Shown: positions 13,454-26,477, counted from the first letter of the stretch. The stretch is 64,000 nt of DNA from Lama guanicoe (GCA_013239625.1 MU053652.1:9092507-9156506), one strand, 5' to 3'. Made by a program: numbers and translations. Notes: generated by a model from the sequence alone, not told the origin.

Positions 13454-15955
13454 GCCAACTTACCTAAAATACATAGATCTTTGAAAATTAGAGATCTGAT
13501 TTCAGATCTCTCTGCCCTGTAAGATTTCCTGGTACCTGTACTCTCCACAACGTGATGTCCTCACTGTCCAGGAATCAAATGAATTGTTGGTGATGACATC
13601 CTGAGATCTAAGAACCAGGGATGTTTCACAAGCCTTTAGGCACAGCAGAAATTCTGGTGTGAACTGAAGCCACACCATCTCCACATCTGGCAGATTTTGA
13701 TTCTGATTTCTTTAATTTGTTCTAAGATTATTAGGTAGTGACTTTTAGGGGAGGAGGGAGGTTCAGAAGTTAGGATTTTCTGATAGCTTTAGGTATAGTC
13801 TCTTGCCAAACATATACATCCAGGAATAGAGGATTTTCAGAGATTTAAAATTAAATAAAGCTCTCAAGAATATGTATAGATAAGTCATCCCCACAGAACC
13901 CCAGAGGATGGAAGATGTCAGAGTGTTTGTATCCATGAGGGCCACCACCCTGAGCAATGTCAGCAACCCTTCGGTAACGCAAATATTCTTTCCAGCATAA
14001 GAGATGAGACCCTGTTGTCCAAGTATGGCAGGGTGCTGCTCTCCTGCACCTGCCTGTCACCTGATCCCTCCAGCTCCAGCTTGGTGTCACCTCCTCATGG
14101 GGTCTTTCTTATCTTCTCTCCTTGACTCCCTCCCCCACATCTACGTGAATTTCCCTCCTCTGTGTTCCCATGGCTCTGTGTTGACCCCATCCTAGCACCT
14201 CTGACATCCCTCTGTGGTGTGGTCACCAATGGCCATGCAGTTCTGCTCACCAGGTGCCAGGCCTCCTTTGTTCGAGTTATCTGACCCTGTTCCTGGACTC
14301 TCGTTTCCTTGCTGGTGGGGACGGCACTGTTCATCTCTGGGGCCTCAGCCCCTAGCCCAAGTCCCACACGTGGCAGCAGTGTGCTAAGTACTATTGATAA
14401 ATGGATACACATAATAAATTCATTGCTAGAGGTCACTGTAAAAATGTATTTCTGAGATGAAGAAATAGCTTGGAAAAATTGCAGCATTTGGATGATGTTG
14501 GAAGAGAGAGTCTCTGGCATTTGTCAGATCCTAGAAGCAAGCTGGGGATATTGCTTTTTTGTTTCTCCTCTTTGAAATTTATTTACATTGGGTTAGGGTT
14601 AGAGCAAATAAATGTGAATTCTTTAATTAGTAACCTTTCAACAGTTTGAATAATACAACCTTCCAGAAATGTGGAGATTCATACATTAAATTGTGGAATA
14701 TCCAATGGCGACAGGCACTATTTTATAACCAAACAGCTTTAAGGCTTCCTGGAATAACTCCCTGCCCTTTGTCCTTCCTCCACTTCCTTCCCCTCCTCCT
14801 CCTCCTTTCCCTCTCTCTCTGTAACTGCAGAAGCTATAAAGCCACTTATTCTGACCGTCCCATTCCCACCCCCACCCCCACCCCCTCAATTTGCTCACAG
14901 GAGAATGTACATCATGGTCTTCCTTCACTTCACAGTCATTCAGAACCTATTCATCGAGTCATTGGTTCTCTTTCAGCATATGGAGTGATGGATAATGGAG
15001 TGAGGGCGTGGCGAGGAAGGGGACACGGACACACACACACACACACACACATTCTCTCTCTCACACACAGTCACACGCTTTCTATTCCTACAGTCCAGCA
15101 GCTGAATAGACAGTTAGTTACAGTTTGCATTAAGTGCCATTATAGACGTTTGTACACAATGCTATAGGAATGCAGAGAGGAGGGGAGAGCCCTCTCACCG
15201 GGGGGGCTCAGGAGGTGTGCTGAGCTGGGTCTTGAGGGAGGAGTAAACACTTCACGGGTGAGAAAGGGTGGCCGCTACATGCCAGGCATGGGAGCAGCGT
15301 GCACCGAGGCCCGTGTCTCTGCAAGGGCACAGCGGCTTGTCTGGGGAACGGCGAGGGGTGGAGGTGATGCTCAGTAAGTCAGGCGGGAGGGGTGTATTGG
15401 GATGGGTTTTACATCACATGCCAAGGATTTCAGACTTGTCCTGTAGAGCACGAAGGACACATGAGGAATTTTTATTTTAGAAAAGTCTCTCTAATTCCTG
15501 CCTTCTCCCCTGCCTGCTGTGTGCGTTAGGATATTGGCTCTTCGTTGGTAGAATGGATGGTCTGCTTTGGGGATATGCTTACAAGCTCTGTCTTGCGTTA
15601 TAAGAAAGAGAACAACTGTTCTATTAAATACTATTCTGCTAACCTGAAAGCATATAACACAAGAGGAAATTTGCCCTTATCCTCTCAGAAAGCGCCCCTC
15701 ACGTGTTACCGAGAAACAAAAGTGATGACCCAAGTTTTGCAAGGTCTCTTATGTAAACCGGTGGAGTTGTGACACTACTGATTTTGGTTTGAAGCTGAAG
15801 GTGGCTGCATCCTTACTAGCAACACAAATGGCTGTTTTCAGCCTGTTTCCTAAATGAATGACAAAGATAGACCCCTCTTTTCCCAAAGGCTTTTTGATTT
15901 TTTTTTTCTTTGAAGAAGAACATTTTTATATATTGCTTAATAACTCTTGTTATAG

Positions 15956-16051
15956 GGCTATGCCAAAGCCTTGAATGGATTTGTAAAACTGGGTCTTATA
16001 AACAGAGATGCGTTTCCTGCCCTTCGACCTGAGGCCAACCCGCTCACCTGG
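15956..16051 (+). CDS. AASS: AASS coding exon (approx. exon 20)
   Basis: gttatag|GGC TAT GCC...ACC TGG|gtgagt; 96 nt; [32 protein letters not shown]. Confidence 0.95.
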
Positions 16052-16949
16052 GTGAGTGACTCCATGTTATACACTGCCTGCTGCTCTTCAGAATGCCTTC
16101 GGAAATGGCCAGGTTTGAACTTTGGTTTGGGCCAGCAGAGAACCAGTTCTGTGGCTTATGTGCAGGAGATTCAGCCCTCCCCCCAGAGCCCCCTTTCCCT
16201 TCACTATTATGGGCGGATGGAGAGAACATGGTGGCCGGCTCGTGGGGCCTGTTTCCTGCAGCTGCGACCGCTTGATTGCTCCCTCAGCCCTGGGTAGAGG
16301 TGGACGTGCTCTCTGCCTTGTGCTCTGGGCTCTGCCACTTGTCTAACTAGTGACCCAGTGACAGCAGTTAAGCTTGGGCCTCCTGCAACTGTTAAGGGCA
16401 GGAGGGCTGCTGGTGGTATCACGGAACTGGATTCCCAACCCCCGAGTCCCATTAGTTCTTTCATTTGGCCGTTTGTAGCCATGAGTAACTTGAGTCTTCA
16501 ATCGCTGAATTTACGCCCGTGTCAGTGTTGTATTGAAATCCTAGGGTCTTAGGGTTGGCAGGCACTTGGGACGCTTGGGACTGAATGCAAAGCAGAGTTT
16601 CCGCCAGCTCCCTGAATGAACTTGTTACTAGCTGGCCGTCCAGCTTAAATTAATGCACACAGACTGCAGTAGAAACGCTGGGCGTTTATCACAAGGAGAA
16701 AGGAATCAATGTTGTAAATCCCAGCGTCTCACAGGTGCTTCGGTATTGTTGTTGGCCAGTTGTTTTTAAACTTAGGTTTTTTTGTGTATCTGAGAGCCTT
16801 TTCAGTCTAAGTTTCAACTTTCATGAATTTGCTTGTTGGACAGGAGAGGGCAAGCATCTCCGGAGGGAATCTGGTGTCGAGGCGGTTTGGCTGGGAAGGT
16901 TGTTGCAGGCGTTCTTGGGGCTGGTCCTCGTGTCTTGCAGCAATAGTCT

Positions 16950-17167
16950 AGGACAGAGGCGGACAAACTTTTTTTTTTGTAAAAGATTGTAAATTTATTA
17001 TTAGGTTTATGGGCCATATAGTTTATGTCTGACCTCTCAGTTCTTATGTATAAACAATACATAAACAACAAGAACAAAAAACCATGGCTGTGTTCCAATA
17101 AAATTTTTTCATTTATAAAACCAGGTGGTGAGCTGAGTTTGGCCCGTGAACTAGTTTGCTGATCCTT
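16950..17167. mobile_element. MER58-like DNA transposon
   Basis: CAAACTTTTT...GGCCATATAG...ATGGCTGTGTTCCAATAAAA...TTTGGCCCGTG...TAGTTTGCTGATCC. Confidence 0.7.
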
Positions 17168-17711
17168 AATCTAGAGCATAACTTTACCCTTGAGAGTCTG
17201 GACAAAGTCTTGTTTAGGAAGTAGGAAAAGCTATGACCACCGTTTATATGTTCTTCCCTTGAGATTTTATTATCTGCAAGGTCTTTCTCATTTCTTGAAC
17301 CTATAAAAGAATGCTGGTTGCTACTAGCAACCACAGCAATAAGCCCCTTCCATTCTATCCTTGCCAAAATCAGCCTCTGGAGGGTGAGGCTTAATGGGTG
17401 AAAAAGTGATGGAGAGGCTGTGCAAAGGCAGGCAATGTGGTGGGAAATAGGGTATCACCTTTTTAGTATTGATTTAATGTTATGACCCATTCTGATTGCT
17501 GAAATATTATTCTGAAATACCACATGTGTATTGATGCATGGGTATGCAGATGTGTGTACGCACTTGTATGTGTCACCGTTCACTCTTTCTAATTATTCCT
17601 AATTTAAAATTTGAAGAACATTTGAGGTCCAGTGTCTTAATATGATCATTTCTCAACTTAGCTTTTATTTTATTAGGAGCTTAGAATTTTTGTCTTTATT
17701 CGTCTAACCAG

Positions 17712-17827
17712 AGAGAACTCCTCTGTGGCCTGGTTGGGATTGCACCCACCTCCAAGTGTGATGCGCTCAAGGAAGCTGTCTTTAAGAAGCTAGGAGGAGA
17801 CCACACTCAGCTGGAGGCTGCTGAATG
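17712..17827 (+). CDS. AASS: AASS coding exon (approx. exon 21)
   Basis: ctaaccag|AGA GAA CTC...GAA TG|gtaggc; 116 nt; [38 protein letters not shown](W); not in the ORF track but phase-compatible with both neighbours. Confidence 0.93.
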
Positions 17828-18491
17828 GTAGGCACGCACCAATCAACTTAGAGCGAAATACTGGATCAATGATCACTCCGTCCTTTCTAGTCAAAGAAAA
17901 GTCAAGATAGAATTAAACACTTCACATTGTCTTTGATTAATTTGCTGCTCTAATGTTGGCCCATTGTAGAGAGACAGCTACGTACCATGTTCATGTGGGG
18001 ATAAAAAGCAGATAAAGAGAGACATTCGATGGCAGTTATAACTTGGGAAATACTTGTTTAGAATACTTCAGTGCTCGGTTCCCGAGAAAGGTGGGATGTT
18101 TTTTCTCTCCTGCAGGAGATTCTCCCAGTCTTCCTTTAACTGCTTTAAAACACTTACTCATGTGGCTGCGGCACATTATGTTGGTATCCTTGATGTGGGA
18201 GAACTAACCTGCAAATCAGACTCATAAAAACTTGGCAATAGTGAATGCTTACAGTGTGTCTGTCCCGGCTCCAGAGAGCACTCCTGGGGGTGGGAGTCTG
18301 GGGATGATTCTGAAGGTTAAAACATTACTATTGCTATTATTATTCTATGAGCACTCAGGAGTCCTATAGCTTGGACTGTCAACTTGTGATTCTGCCCTTT
18401 CAAGATAAAATCCAGTGAGCTCTCCCTTCCGCTTCCCGGGTGAGAGTATGAGCAGGACTGAACTAATGCAGCCATCTCTTGTGCCTCCCAG

Positions 18492-18580
18492 GTTGGGCTT
18501 ACTCGGGGACGAGCAAGTCCCTCAGGCAGAGTCTCTCGTGGACGCCCTCTCCAAGCATCTGGCTGTGAGACTTTCCTATG
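18492..18580 (+). CDS. AASS: AASS coding exon (approx. exon 22)
   Basis: ctcccag|G TTG GGC TTA...TCC TAT G|gtaagg; 89 nt; (W)[29 protein letters not shown](G). Confidence 0.95.
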
Positions 18581-19110
18581 GTAAGGCCACGGGCTACTAG
18601 CTAAACCTCCCAGGAGAAGACTCATAAGAACTAGTGAATTAGATCGGAGGGCTGGAGCCACACGGTGGGAATGGGGAGGCACGGTGTGAGGGAAAGAGCG
18701 CTTGGACTATTTTTCCAGAGGGGAGAATAAGAGAGCGAGTAAGTCAGAAAGAACTTGGGTCATATGGCAAAGGAACAAAATCATTAGTTTGACTTTTACT
18801 CTGTAACATATTGGGGAAATGCTGAAGGGACATTCTGGGGACAAGCGGGGGAGGCCTCTGCGGAGGGGCCCTCGTGTCGGTAGCCAAACTATAGTGACAC
18901 CAACCTGGACAGAGTAGCCCGATCACGGTTATCATTTCCTGGAGTTTTTTATGTGGTCTCTAGGCTAAAGAGCAGTGTACCTAATTGTCCATGGAGAGCG
19001 TGTATAAAGGGAAGCGAAACGAGAGCAGAAGGCCAGGAGCAGCAGATGAAATATGATTTTGGAGTTTCCATGATAATGACATTTTGAAATGTCTGTTTAT
19101 TTATTTGAAG

Positions 19111-19287
19111 GCCCTGGAGAGAGAGACATGATTGTGATGAGAGACAGCTTTGGAATCAGGCATCCTTCTGGACATTTAGAAAGTAAAACAATTGATCTTG
19201 TGGTTTATGGGGATGTCAATGGCTTTTCAGCCATGGCTAAAACTGTGGGGTTACCCACTGCTATGGCGGCCAAGATGCTACTTGATG
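19111..19287 (+). CDS. AASS: AASS coding exon (approx. exon 23)
   Basis: tttgaag|GC CCT GGA...CTT GAT G|gtaagt; 177 nt; (G)[58 protein letters not shown] (SAMAKTVG motif). Confidence 0.97.
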
Positions 19288-19717
19288 GTAAGTTCCTTCA
19301 TCGGAGGACCGAGTCTGTCTCCCAATCATCTACAGGTCTTTCAGTGCCTGGACAGCAAATAATTCCTGGCTTTTCACTAAAAGTGAGCCATCTCAGAAGA
19401 TCCTTCATCTTTGAGGAAGGGGTTGTCATCCCTAGTTCATAGGGTTGCTGTGATGCTAACGAATACATAAAGCTCCTACTGCACAGAGGGGCCCCTAGGG
19501 AATGTTAACTGCCTTTCTTTCTTTCCTTGGCTTTTTTTTTTTGTATTTTAGGGGTGATAATGCTAAAATAGCAGAGGATATTTACTTCCAAACTTCAAAA
19601 ATGTAGACCATGTTTTATCAACCTTCATATCTCAGTAAATTATCAATACTCATTAAATATTTTAGACTAAAAGAATTCAAATTTCAACTCTCCACTCTCC
19701 CCTTAGGATCACAAATA

Positions 19718-20062
19718 CTTTTTTTTTTTTAATAGACTTTATTCTTTTAGGGCAGTTTCAGGTTCACAACAGAATTGAGCAGAAAATACACAGTTCCCAC
19801 ATAGCCCTCGCCACCCACACATATATACTCCCCTACGTCAACCTCCCTCATCAGTGTGGCATATTTGGTACAATCAATGAACCAATGTGGGCACATTATT
19901 ATCAACCAAAGTCCACAGTTTACATTAGGGTTCACTCTTGATGTTGCACATTCTGTGGGTTTTGACAAATACATGATGGCATATAGCCACTATAGATAGT
20001 ATCATACAGAATAATTTCATTGCCCTAAAAATCCTTTGTGCTCCATCTATTTATTCCTCCCT
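19718..20062 (-). mobile_element. L1MC-like 3'UTR fragment (part re-appears at 21575-21730)
   Basis: T-tract, AATAGACTTTATT...GCAGTTTCAGGTTCACA...AAAGTCCACAGTTTACATTAGGGTTCACTCTTG. Confidence 0.8.
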
Positions 20063-20704
20063 CGCATATACTTTTAATAAACATTACCTCTGAATATAAC
20101 ACCCTGTTTGGCCCTTGTGAAGGTATGAAGTGAGGTAAAAAACATCAAGGCATATAAATGTGAAATCATGAGAAGACACACCTATAACAGCATATCAGCT
20201 GATATCAGAACAAACCACCTACTTAGTTACCGAGGAACCGGAGTGAGCAAGTGGTAAAGGAGGAGGTCTTCAGGGCCTTGAAGGAAAGTGCCCGACTTAC
20301 TTTTCCAGCTGTCCTAACAGATGCCCATGCCCAGACGACCAGACTGGCTTTAATTTTATCCTGCTGGTGTTAATGCTTTTTAAAAAAATGACACCAGCCA
20401 GTAAAACATACCAGTTAGGTTGACTTTACCTTCCTAGCATACTTTTCTCTAATTTGGTACTTAATGTAGTTAAGTGTGTAAATTCAGACACTGTCCCTAA
20501 GTCCAGCTGTGCTTTCAATTAACCCCCTTTCCTTACGGAGTATTAATAATTCAGCAGGGCCGTGAAAGCAGCTATTTTAAAAAATCCCCAGGCCTCTAAC
20601 TGTTCGTTGACTTGGAGTTTACCACTGTATGGAAACCCTTGCTGTAGAAATTAGCCCTTAATACCACCTTTAAAAATGGTAACTACAAATTTATTTTCTT
20701 CCAG

Positions 20705-20819
20705 ATGAAATTCAAGCTAAAGGCCTGATGGGGCCCTTTTCAAAGGAGATCTATGGGCCAATATTGGAGCGAATTAAAGCAGAGGGCATTATGCATACTA
20801 CACGGAGCACAGTCAAAGC
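20705..20819 (+). CDS. AASS: AASS terminal coding exon, copy 1 (cut off by the N-gap 1 nt before the stop codon)
   Basis: cttccag|AT GAA ATT CAA...GTC AAA GC then Ns; identical over this span to the copy at 22373. Confidence 0.75.
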
Positions 20820-21574
20820 NNNNNNNNNNNNNNNNNNNNNNNNNNNNNNNNNNNNNNNNNNNNNNNNNNNNNNNNNNNNNNNNNNNNNNNNNNNNNNNNN
20901 NNNNNNNNNNNNNNNNNNNNNNNNNNNNNNNNNNNNNNNNNNNNNNNNNNNNNNNNNNNNNNNNNNNNNNNNNNNNNNNNNNNNNNNNNNNNNNNNNNNN
21001 NNNNNNNNNNNNNNNNNNNNNNNNNNNNNNNNNNNNNNNNNNNNNNNNNNNNNNNNNNNNNNNNNNNNNNNNNNNNNNNNNNNNNNNNNNNNNNNNNNNN
21101 NNNNNNNNNNNNNNNNNNNNNNNNNNNNNNNNNNNNNNNNNNNNNNNNNNNNNNNNNNNNNNNNNNNNNNNNNNNNNNNNNNNNNNNNNNNNNNNNNNNN
21201 NNNNNNNNNNNNNNNNNNNNNNNNNNNNNNNNNNNNNNNNNNNNNNNNNNNNNNNNNNNNNNNNNNNNNNNNNNNNNNNNNNNNNNNNNNNNNNNNNNNN
21301 NNNNNNNNNNNNNNNNNNNNNNNNNNNNNNNNNNNNNNNNNNNNNNNNNNNNNNNNNNNNNNNNNNNNNNNNNNNNNNNNNNNNNNNNNNNNNNNNNNNN
21401 NNNNNNNNNNNNNNNNNNNNNNNNNNNNNNNNNNNNNNNNNNNNNNNNNNNNNNNNNNNNNNNNNNNNNNNNNNNNNNNNNNNNNNNNNNNNNNNNNNNN
21501 NNNNNNNNNNNNNNNNNNNNNNNNNNNNNNNNNNNNNNNNNNNNNNNNNNNNNNNNNNNNNNNNNNNNNNNNNN
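20820..21574. other. Assembly gap (755 N)
   Basis: Run of N. Confidence 1.
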
Positions 21575-22372
21575 CCAAAGTCCACAGTTTACATTAGGGT
21601 TCACTCTTGATGTTGCACATTCTGTGGGTTTTGACAAATACATGATGGCATATAGCCACTATAGATAGTATCATACAGAATAATTTCATTGCCCTAAAAA
21701 TCCTTTGTGCTCCATCTATTTATTCCTCCCTCGCATATACTTTTAATAAACATTACCTCTGAATATAACACCCCGTTTGGCCCTTGTGAAGGTATGAAGT
21801 GAGGTAAAAAACATCAAGGCATATAAATGTGAAATCATGAGAAGACACACCTATAACAGCATATCAGCTGATATCAGAACAAACCACCTACTTAGTTACC
21901 GAGGAACCGGAGTGAGCAAGTGGTAAAGGAGGAGGTCTTCAGGGCCTTGAAGGAAAGTGCCTGACTTACTTTTCCAGCTGTCCTAACAGATGCCCGTGCC
22001 CAGACGACCAGACTGGCTTTAATTTTATCCTGCTGGTGTTAATGCTTTTTAAAAAATGACACCAGCCAGTAAAACACACCAGTTAGGTTGACTTTACCTT
22101 CCTAGCATACTTTTCTCTGATTTGGTACTTAATGTAGTTAAGTGTGTAAATTCAGACACTGTCCCTAAGTCCAGCTGTGCTTTCAATTAACCCCCTTTCC
22201 TTACGGAGTATTAATAATTCAGCAGGGCCGTGAAAGCAGCTATTTTAAAAAATCCCCAGGCCTCTAACTGTTCGTTGACTTGGAGTTTACCACTGTATGG
22301 AAACCCTTGCTGTAGAAATTAGCCCTTAATACCACCTTTAAAAATGGTAACTACAAATTTATTTTCTTCCAG

Positions 22373-22491
22373 ATGAAATTCAAGCTAAAGGCCTGATGGG
22401 GCCCTTTTCAAAGGAGATCTATGGGCCAATATTGGAGCGAATTAAAGCAGAGGGCATTATGCATACTACACGGAGCACAGTCAAAGCGTAA
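22373..22491 (+). CDS. AASS: AASS terminal coding exon (approx. exon 24), copy 2, complete with stop
   Basis: cttccag|AT GAA...AAA GCG TAA; (D)[41 protein letters not shown] at 22489-22491, followed by AU-rich 3'UTR-like sequence. Confidence 0.93.
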
Positions 22492-23035
22492 TTGAGAATT
22501 ATATTTTGTTTTTAACCTTCTCAGGCAACGTGGCTCTGAACATTTGTGCAACAAACATGCTTGCTAACGTGCTGTTTTAAAATATAAAGCATGATATGTT
22601 TTGATTAAGTCAATACAATAGTGTTTTTGAAATATAAATCTCTATTTTAATATGAAGACACTTGGCTCAAGAGACGTTGGTAATGCCAGAAAACATTAAT
22701 AATTCTATCATGTATTTTTTTCCCATGTATGTAAAAGCACGAATGATTGTGCTATATGTTAATTTATTATATAACTTTTTTCTTATAGGAATATATTTTC
22801 CTATAATCAGCAGATGAAGTTTTATTTTATCTTTTCAGGAAGATAAAGTTTCTTCATGCTGCTTTCTTTTTGTATTTTTAAAATTGAGTCAGTTAGATGC
22901 TTCTAGATTACTTACCTGCAAACCTTTGCAGTATTGCTTTTTTTTTTTGCCTTTTTTGTTAAAATTACAATTTATTTAGAAAATGATATTTCTTGTAGTT
23001 TTCTTTTGAGTATTTGGAAAAGGAAATTGGTAAGA
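22492..23035 (+). other. AASS: AASS proximal 3'UTR (end not determinable)
   Basis: AT-rich unique sequence after the stop; only variant poly(A) hexamers seen (TATAAA at 22583 and 22633; ATTAAA at 23035). Confidence 0.55.
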
Positions 23036-24868
23036 TTAAATCAAAATCCACATGATCACCTTACTAGGCACAGAAAAAGCATTTAAGTGAATCCAACACC
23101 TTTTCATGATAAAAACACTTAACAAACTAGGAATAGAAGGGAACTTCTTCAACCTGACAAAGGGCATCTATGAATAACCTGTGGCTAATGTCAGACTTAA
23201 TGATGAAAGACTGAAGGATTTCCCCCTAAAATCAGAGGCAAGACAAGGGTGCTTGCTCTTGCCACTTCTATGCAACTTATACTAGAAGGTCCAGCTGGGG
23301 TAATTAGGCAAGAAAATGAAATTAAAGACTTCCAGATATTAGAAAGGAAGCAGTAAAACTCTCTCTATTTGCAGATGGTATGATCTTACACATAGAAAAT
23401 CCAAAAGAGTAAGAAACTATTAGAATTAATGCATGAGTTCAGCAAAGTTGCAGGATACAAGATTAATATTCAAAAGTTGATTGTGTTTGCATACAGTGTC
23501 AATGAATGAAACAAAAGTATTATTAAGAAAATAATTCTAAGAAAAAGTGTCAAGAAGGAATAGATTGAGAGTTCAGAAATAACTTATATTATGGTCAATT
23601 GAGTTTTTGAAAAAGGTGCTAAGACAATTCAATAGAGGAAAATAGTCTTTTCATCAAATATTCACATGCAGGAGAATCGGGTTGGACTCCCTACCTCACA
23701 GCACATATGAAAAATTAACTCAAAATGGACCAAAGACCTTAAATAGAAGANNNNNNNNNNNNNNNNNNNNNNNNNNNNNNNNNNNNNNNNNNNNNNNNNN
23801 NNNNNNNNNNNNNNNNNNNNNNNNNNNNNNNNNNNNNNNNNNNNNNNNNNNNNNNNNNNNNNNNNNNNNNNNNNNNNNNNNNNNNNNNNNNNNNNNNNNN
23901 NNNNNNNNNNNNNNNNNNNNNNNNNNNNNNNNNNNNNNNNNNNNNNNNNNNNNNNNNNNNNNNNNNNNNNNNNNNNNNNNNNNNNNNNNNNNNNNNNNNN
24001 NNNNNNNNNNNNNNNNNNNNNNNNNNNNNNNNNNNNNNNNNNNNNNNNNNNNNNNNNNNNNNNNNNNNNNNNNNNNNNNNNNNNNNNNNNNNNNNNNNNN
24101 NNNNNNNNNNNNNNNNNNNNNNNNNNNNNNNNNNNNNNNNNNNNNNNNNNNNNNNNNNNNNNNNNNNNNNNNNNNNNNNNNNNNNNNNNNNNNNNNNNNN
24201 NNNNNNNNNNNNNNNNNNNNNNNNNNNNNNNNNNNNNNNNNNNNNNNNNNNNNNATAAAATGATTGCTTGGGAAAACAGTTCGGCAGTTTCTCAGATGGG
24301 AAAACAGAGTTACCATGTGATCCAGTGATTCCACTCTTAGGTACATGCCCAAGAGAAATGAAAATACGTTCACACACCAGCTTGTAAACATGTTCATAGC
24401 AGCGTTAGTCAGAATAGCCAGAAATCAAAGCAAGACAAATGTCCATCAACTAGTAAATGAACAAACAAAATGTGGCATATCCATACAATGGAGTATTACT
24501 TGACAATGAAGAAGAAATTAAGCACTGATACATGTTACAACATGGATAAACTTTGAAAGCATTATGCTTAGTGGAAGACGCCAGGCATGAAAAGCCACAT
24601 GTATGATTTCATTTGTATGAAATGTCCAGAATAGTCGAATCTGTATATAGAGAAACTAGATTAGTGGTTGCCTAGGACTGGGGTTTTTTGGGGGAATGTG
24701 GGAGCGACTGCTGATGAGTTTGGAGTTTTTTGGGGGGTGATGAAAATGTAGAGTTGATGGTAGTAGTGGTGGCACAACTCTGTAAATACACTAAAAAATC
24801 ACTGACTTGTATATTTTGTGTGAATTGTATGGGATGTGAATTATATCTGAAGTTGTACAAATAAAGCT
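23035..24868 (+). mobile_element. Old L1M (L1MB/MC-like): ORF2 remnants plus 3' end, with internal deletions, spanning a gap
   Basis: CACATGATCA...CAGAAAAAGCATT, TTTGCAGATG (FADD region), AAAGTTGCAGGATACAAGAT; 3' end ...GTGAATTATATCT...AATAAA at 24860-24865. Confidence 0.85.
23751..24254. other. Assembly gap (504 N) inside an L1 element
   Basis: Run of N with same-orientation L1 sequence on both sides. Confidence 1.
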
Positions 24869-26256
24869 TTTTTTTTCTCCTTGGAGAAAAAATGTTTGTC
24901 TTTAGGAATATAAATTAAACTTTCTGCTGGACTGTGCTCATCTTCTGGCCTATGAAATGAATTCTGCCCTTGAAATAAGCATTATTATATGTGGGACATA
25001 ATGGCAGCTGAGGAAACATCTGTGCAATTTGAAAAGGATCAAAGTTGATTCAGGCCTGGTCCCAACCTGTCAAAAATAACATGTGGAGATCAATAATCTA
25101 TTAATGAGTTAAAGACACATCTGTAATGGCAGTTTTTTACCACAACACCGAGTATAACATGATCAGTTAGGAAGTACAACTTGGTGCACCAATCCCACCC
25201 CCCAGTCTGGAAGAGCGCCCAGATGGCGTGGGAAGTGGGGCACTAGCTCCTGGGGTGGGAGGGGGGAACCCATGGAGACAATATAATTAACTGGTCTGGG
25301 CTTTATGATAATATTGAGTGATAAAGGGGTTATGCTTGAAGAGGAGGTCTAACATCAGTGCTGGAAAGGGGAAGGCCAGTAAGCTGGAGTAGAGACAGGT
25401 GGAGTCAAAACACTGTGTTACTGGCTTGCAGTAAGTTTTGCAGCACAATTTCATAATAGAGGTGGTGGTGGTAGGATCTGGGTGTGGGTGGATAGATTAT
25501 AGTATAAGCATATGGCCCTCGAGCCCCAGTTCGCGAACCTCTCTTTTAACCGTTTGGGTAGACTTAATACTCAGATCTTTTTGCCTTTTTTGCCCCCCCA
25601 CCCCACCCCACCGGGAACACCGATGCGTGTATTTCCAGCTTTCCCTATCCGAGACTCATGAGACGCGAGAAGCTTCTTTTCGGAGAAGCAGTGTGATTGG
25701 TTCTACAACATACCGGCCGTTTCCTTTTCCATAAGGTGAGGGTAGCAGTAACTCGCAGGATGGTTATAAAGGTCAGTGAGAGAATGTGAGAGAGCCGGAC
25801 AGCTAGTGTTCAGAAACCCTCGCGTTCTTCACTCTTTTGCAGTAACATTTCTGCTTGAAGTTTCTATTAAAGATAGTGAGTTTTAGCTTTGAGATTATTT
25901 TCACTCTTTTGGATACTTTGGAAGACCCCTCCGGGATCCTCATGCTTCTCAGACAAGCCATGGCTGTGTCTGCTCCAAAAAGAGAATCGTAAAGTGGCTG
26001 TGGAGGGAAAGGACCACGTTCGTCGTGCAGCCAGGCCTCTGACCTTACGGAAGAGAAAACACGTCTCACAGAAGTTAAATGACTTGCCTAAGGGGACAGG
26101 ACTTACTATGGAAATTTGATCGTCATTCAGACTCAAGATACTCTGAACTTGGGAAAGAACTCTGAGTTAGAAAACCTCTCTTCCTGTGGGTTCTTAGGGC
26201 CACTACTATCCCATGTGATGCCTTTAAAAAATACTTATTTTGGGGGAGCAGCTACA

Positions 26257-26358
26257 TTTTTTTTAGCTTATTCATATTTAATGGAGGTGCTGGGGTCTGA
26301 ACCCAGGACCTTGTGCGTGCTAGGGGCAAGCACTCCACCACTGAGCTATAACCTCCCC
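26257..26358 (-). mobile_element. tRNA-derived SINE (Vic-1-like)
   Basis: Minus strand GGGGAGGTTATAGCTCAGTGGTGGAGTGC...GGTCCTGGGTTCAGACCCCAGCACCTCCATT followed by an A-rich tail. Confidence 0.8.
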
Positions 26359-26477
26359 TTATGATTCCTTTTTGAGAATCAGGGAAGGGCACTCCTTCAA
26401 GACACTTCTATCTGTCAAAAAATCATCAAATGTGTAATTTATTAGAGCAATACACTTTACTACTGTCTGATGGGAAA

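Larger units (their letters stand above)
19906..22487 (+). repeat. Direct duplication 19906-20819 / 21575-22487 flanking a gap
   Basis: 914 vs 913 bp; by eye 5 substitutions and one 1-bp indel; both copies end exactly at the gap edges. Confidence 0.95.

Noticed and set aside
14646..15167. 173-aa plus-strand ORF
   Set aside because: Runs through low-complexity pyrimidine and (CA)n sequence with a TTG start; a chance ORF in an AASS intron.
20728..24397. Long ORFs of 190-290 aa in the ORF track
   Set aside because: Artefacts of translating through N-gaps.
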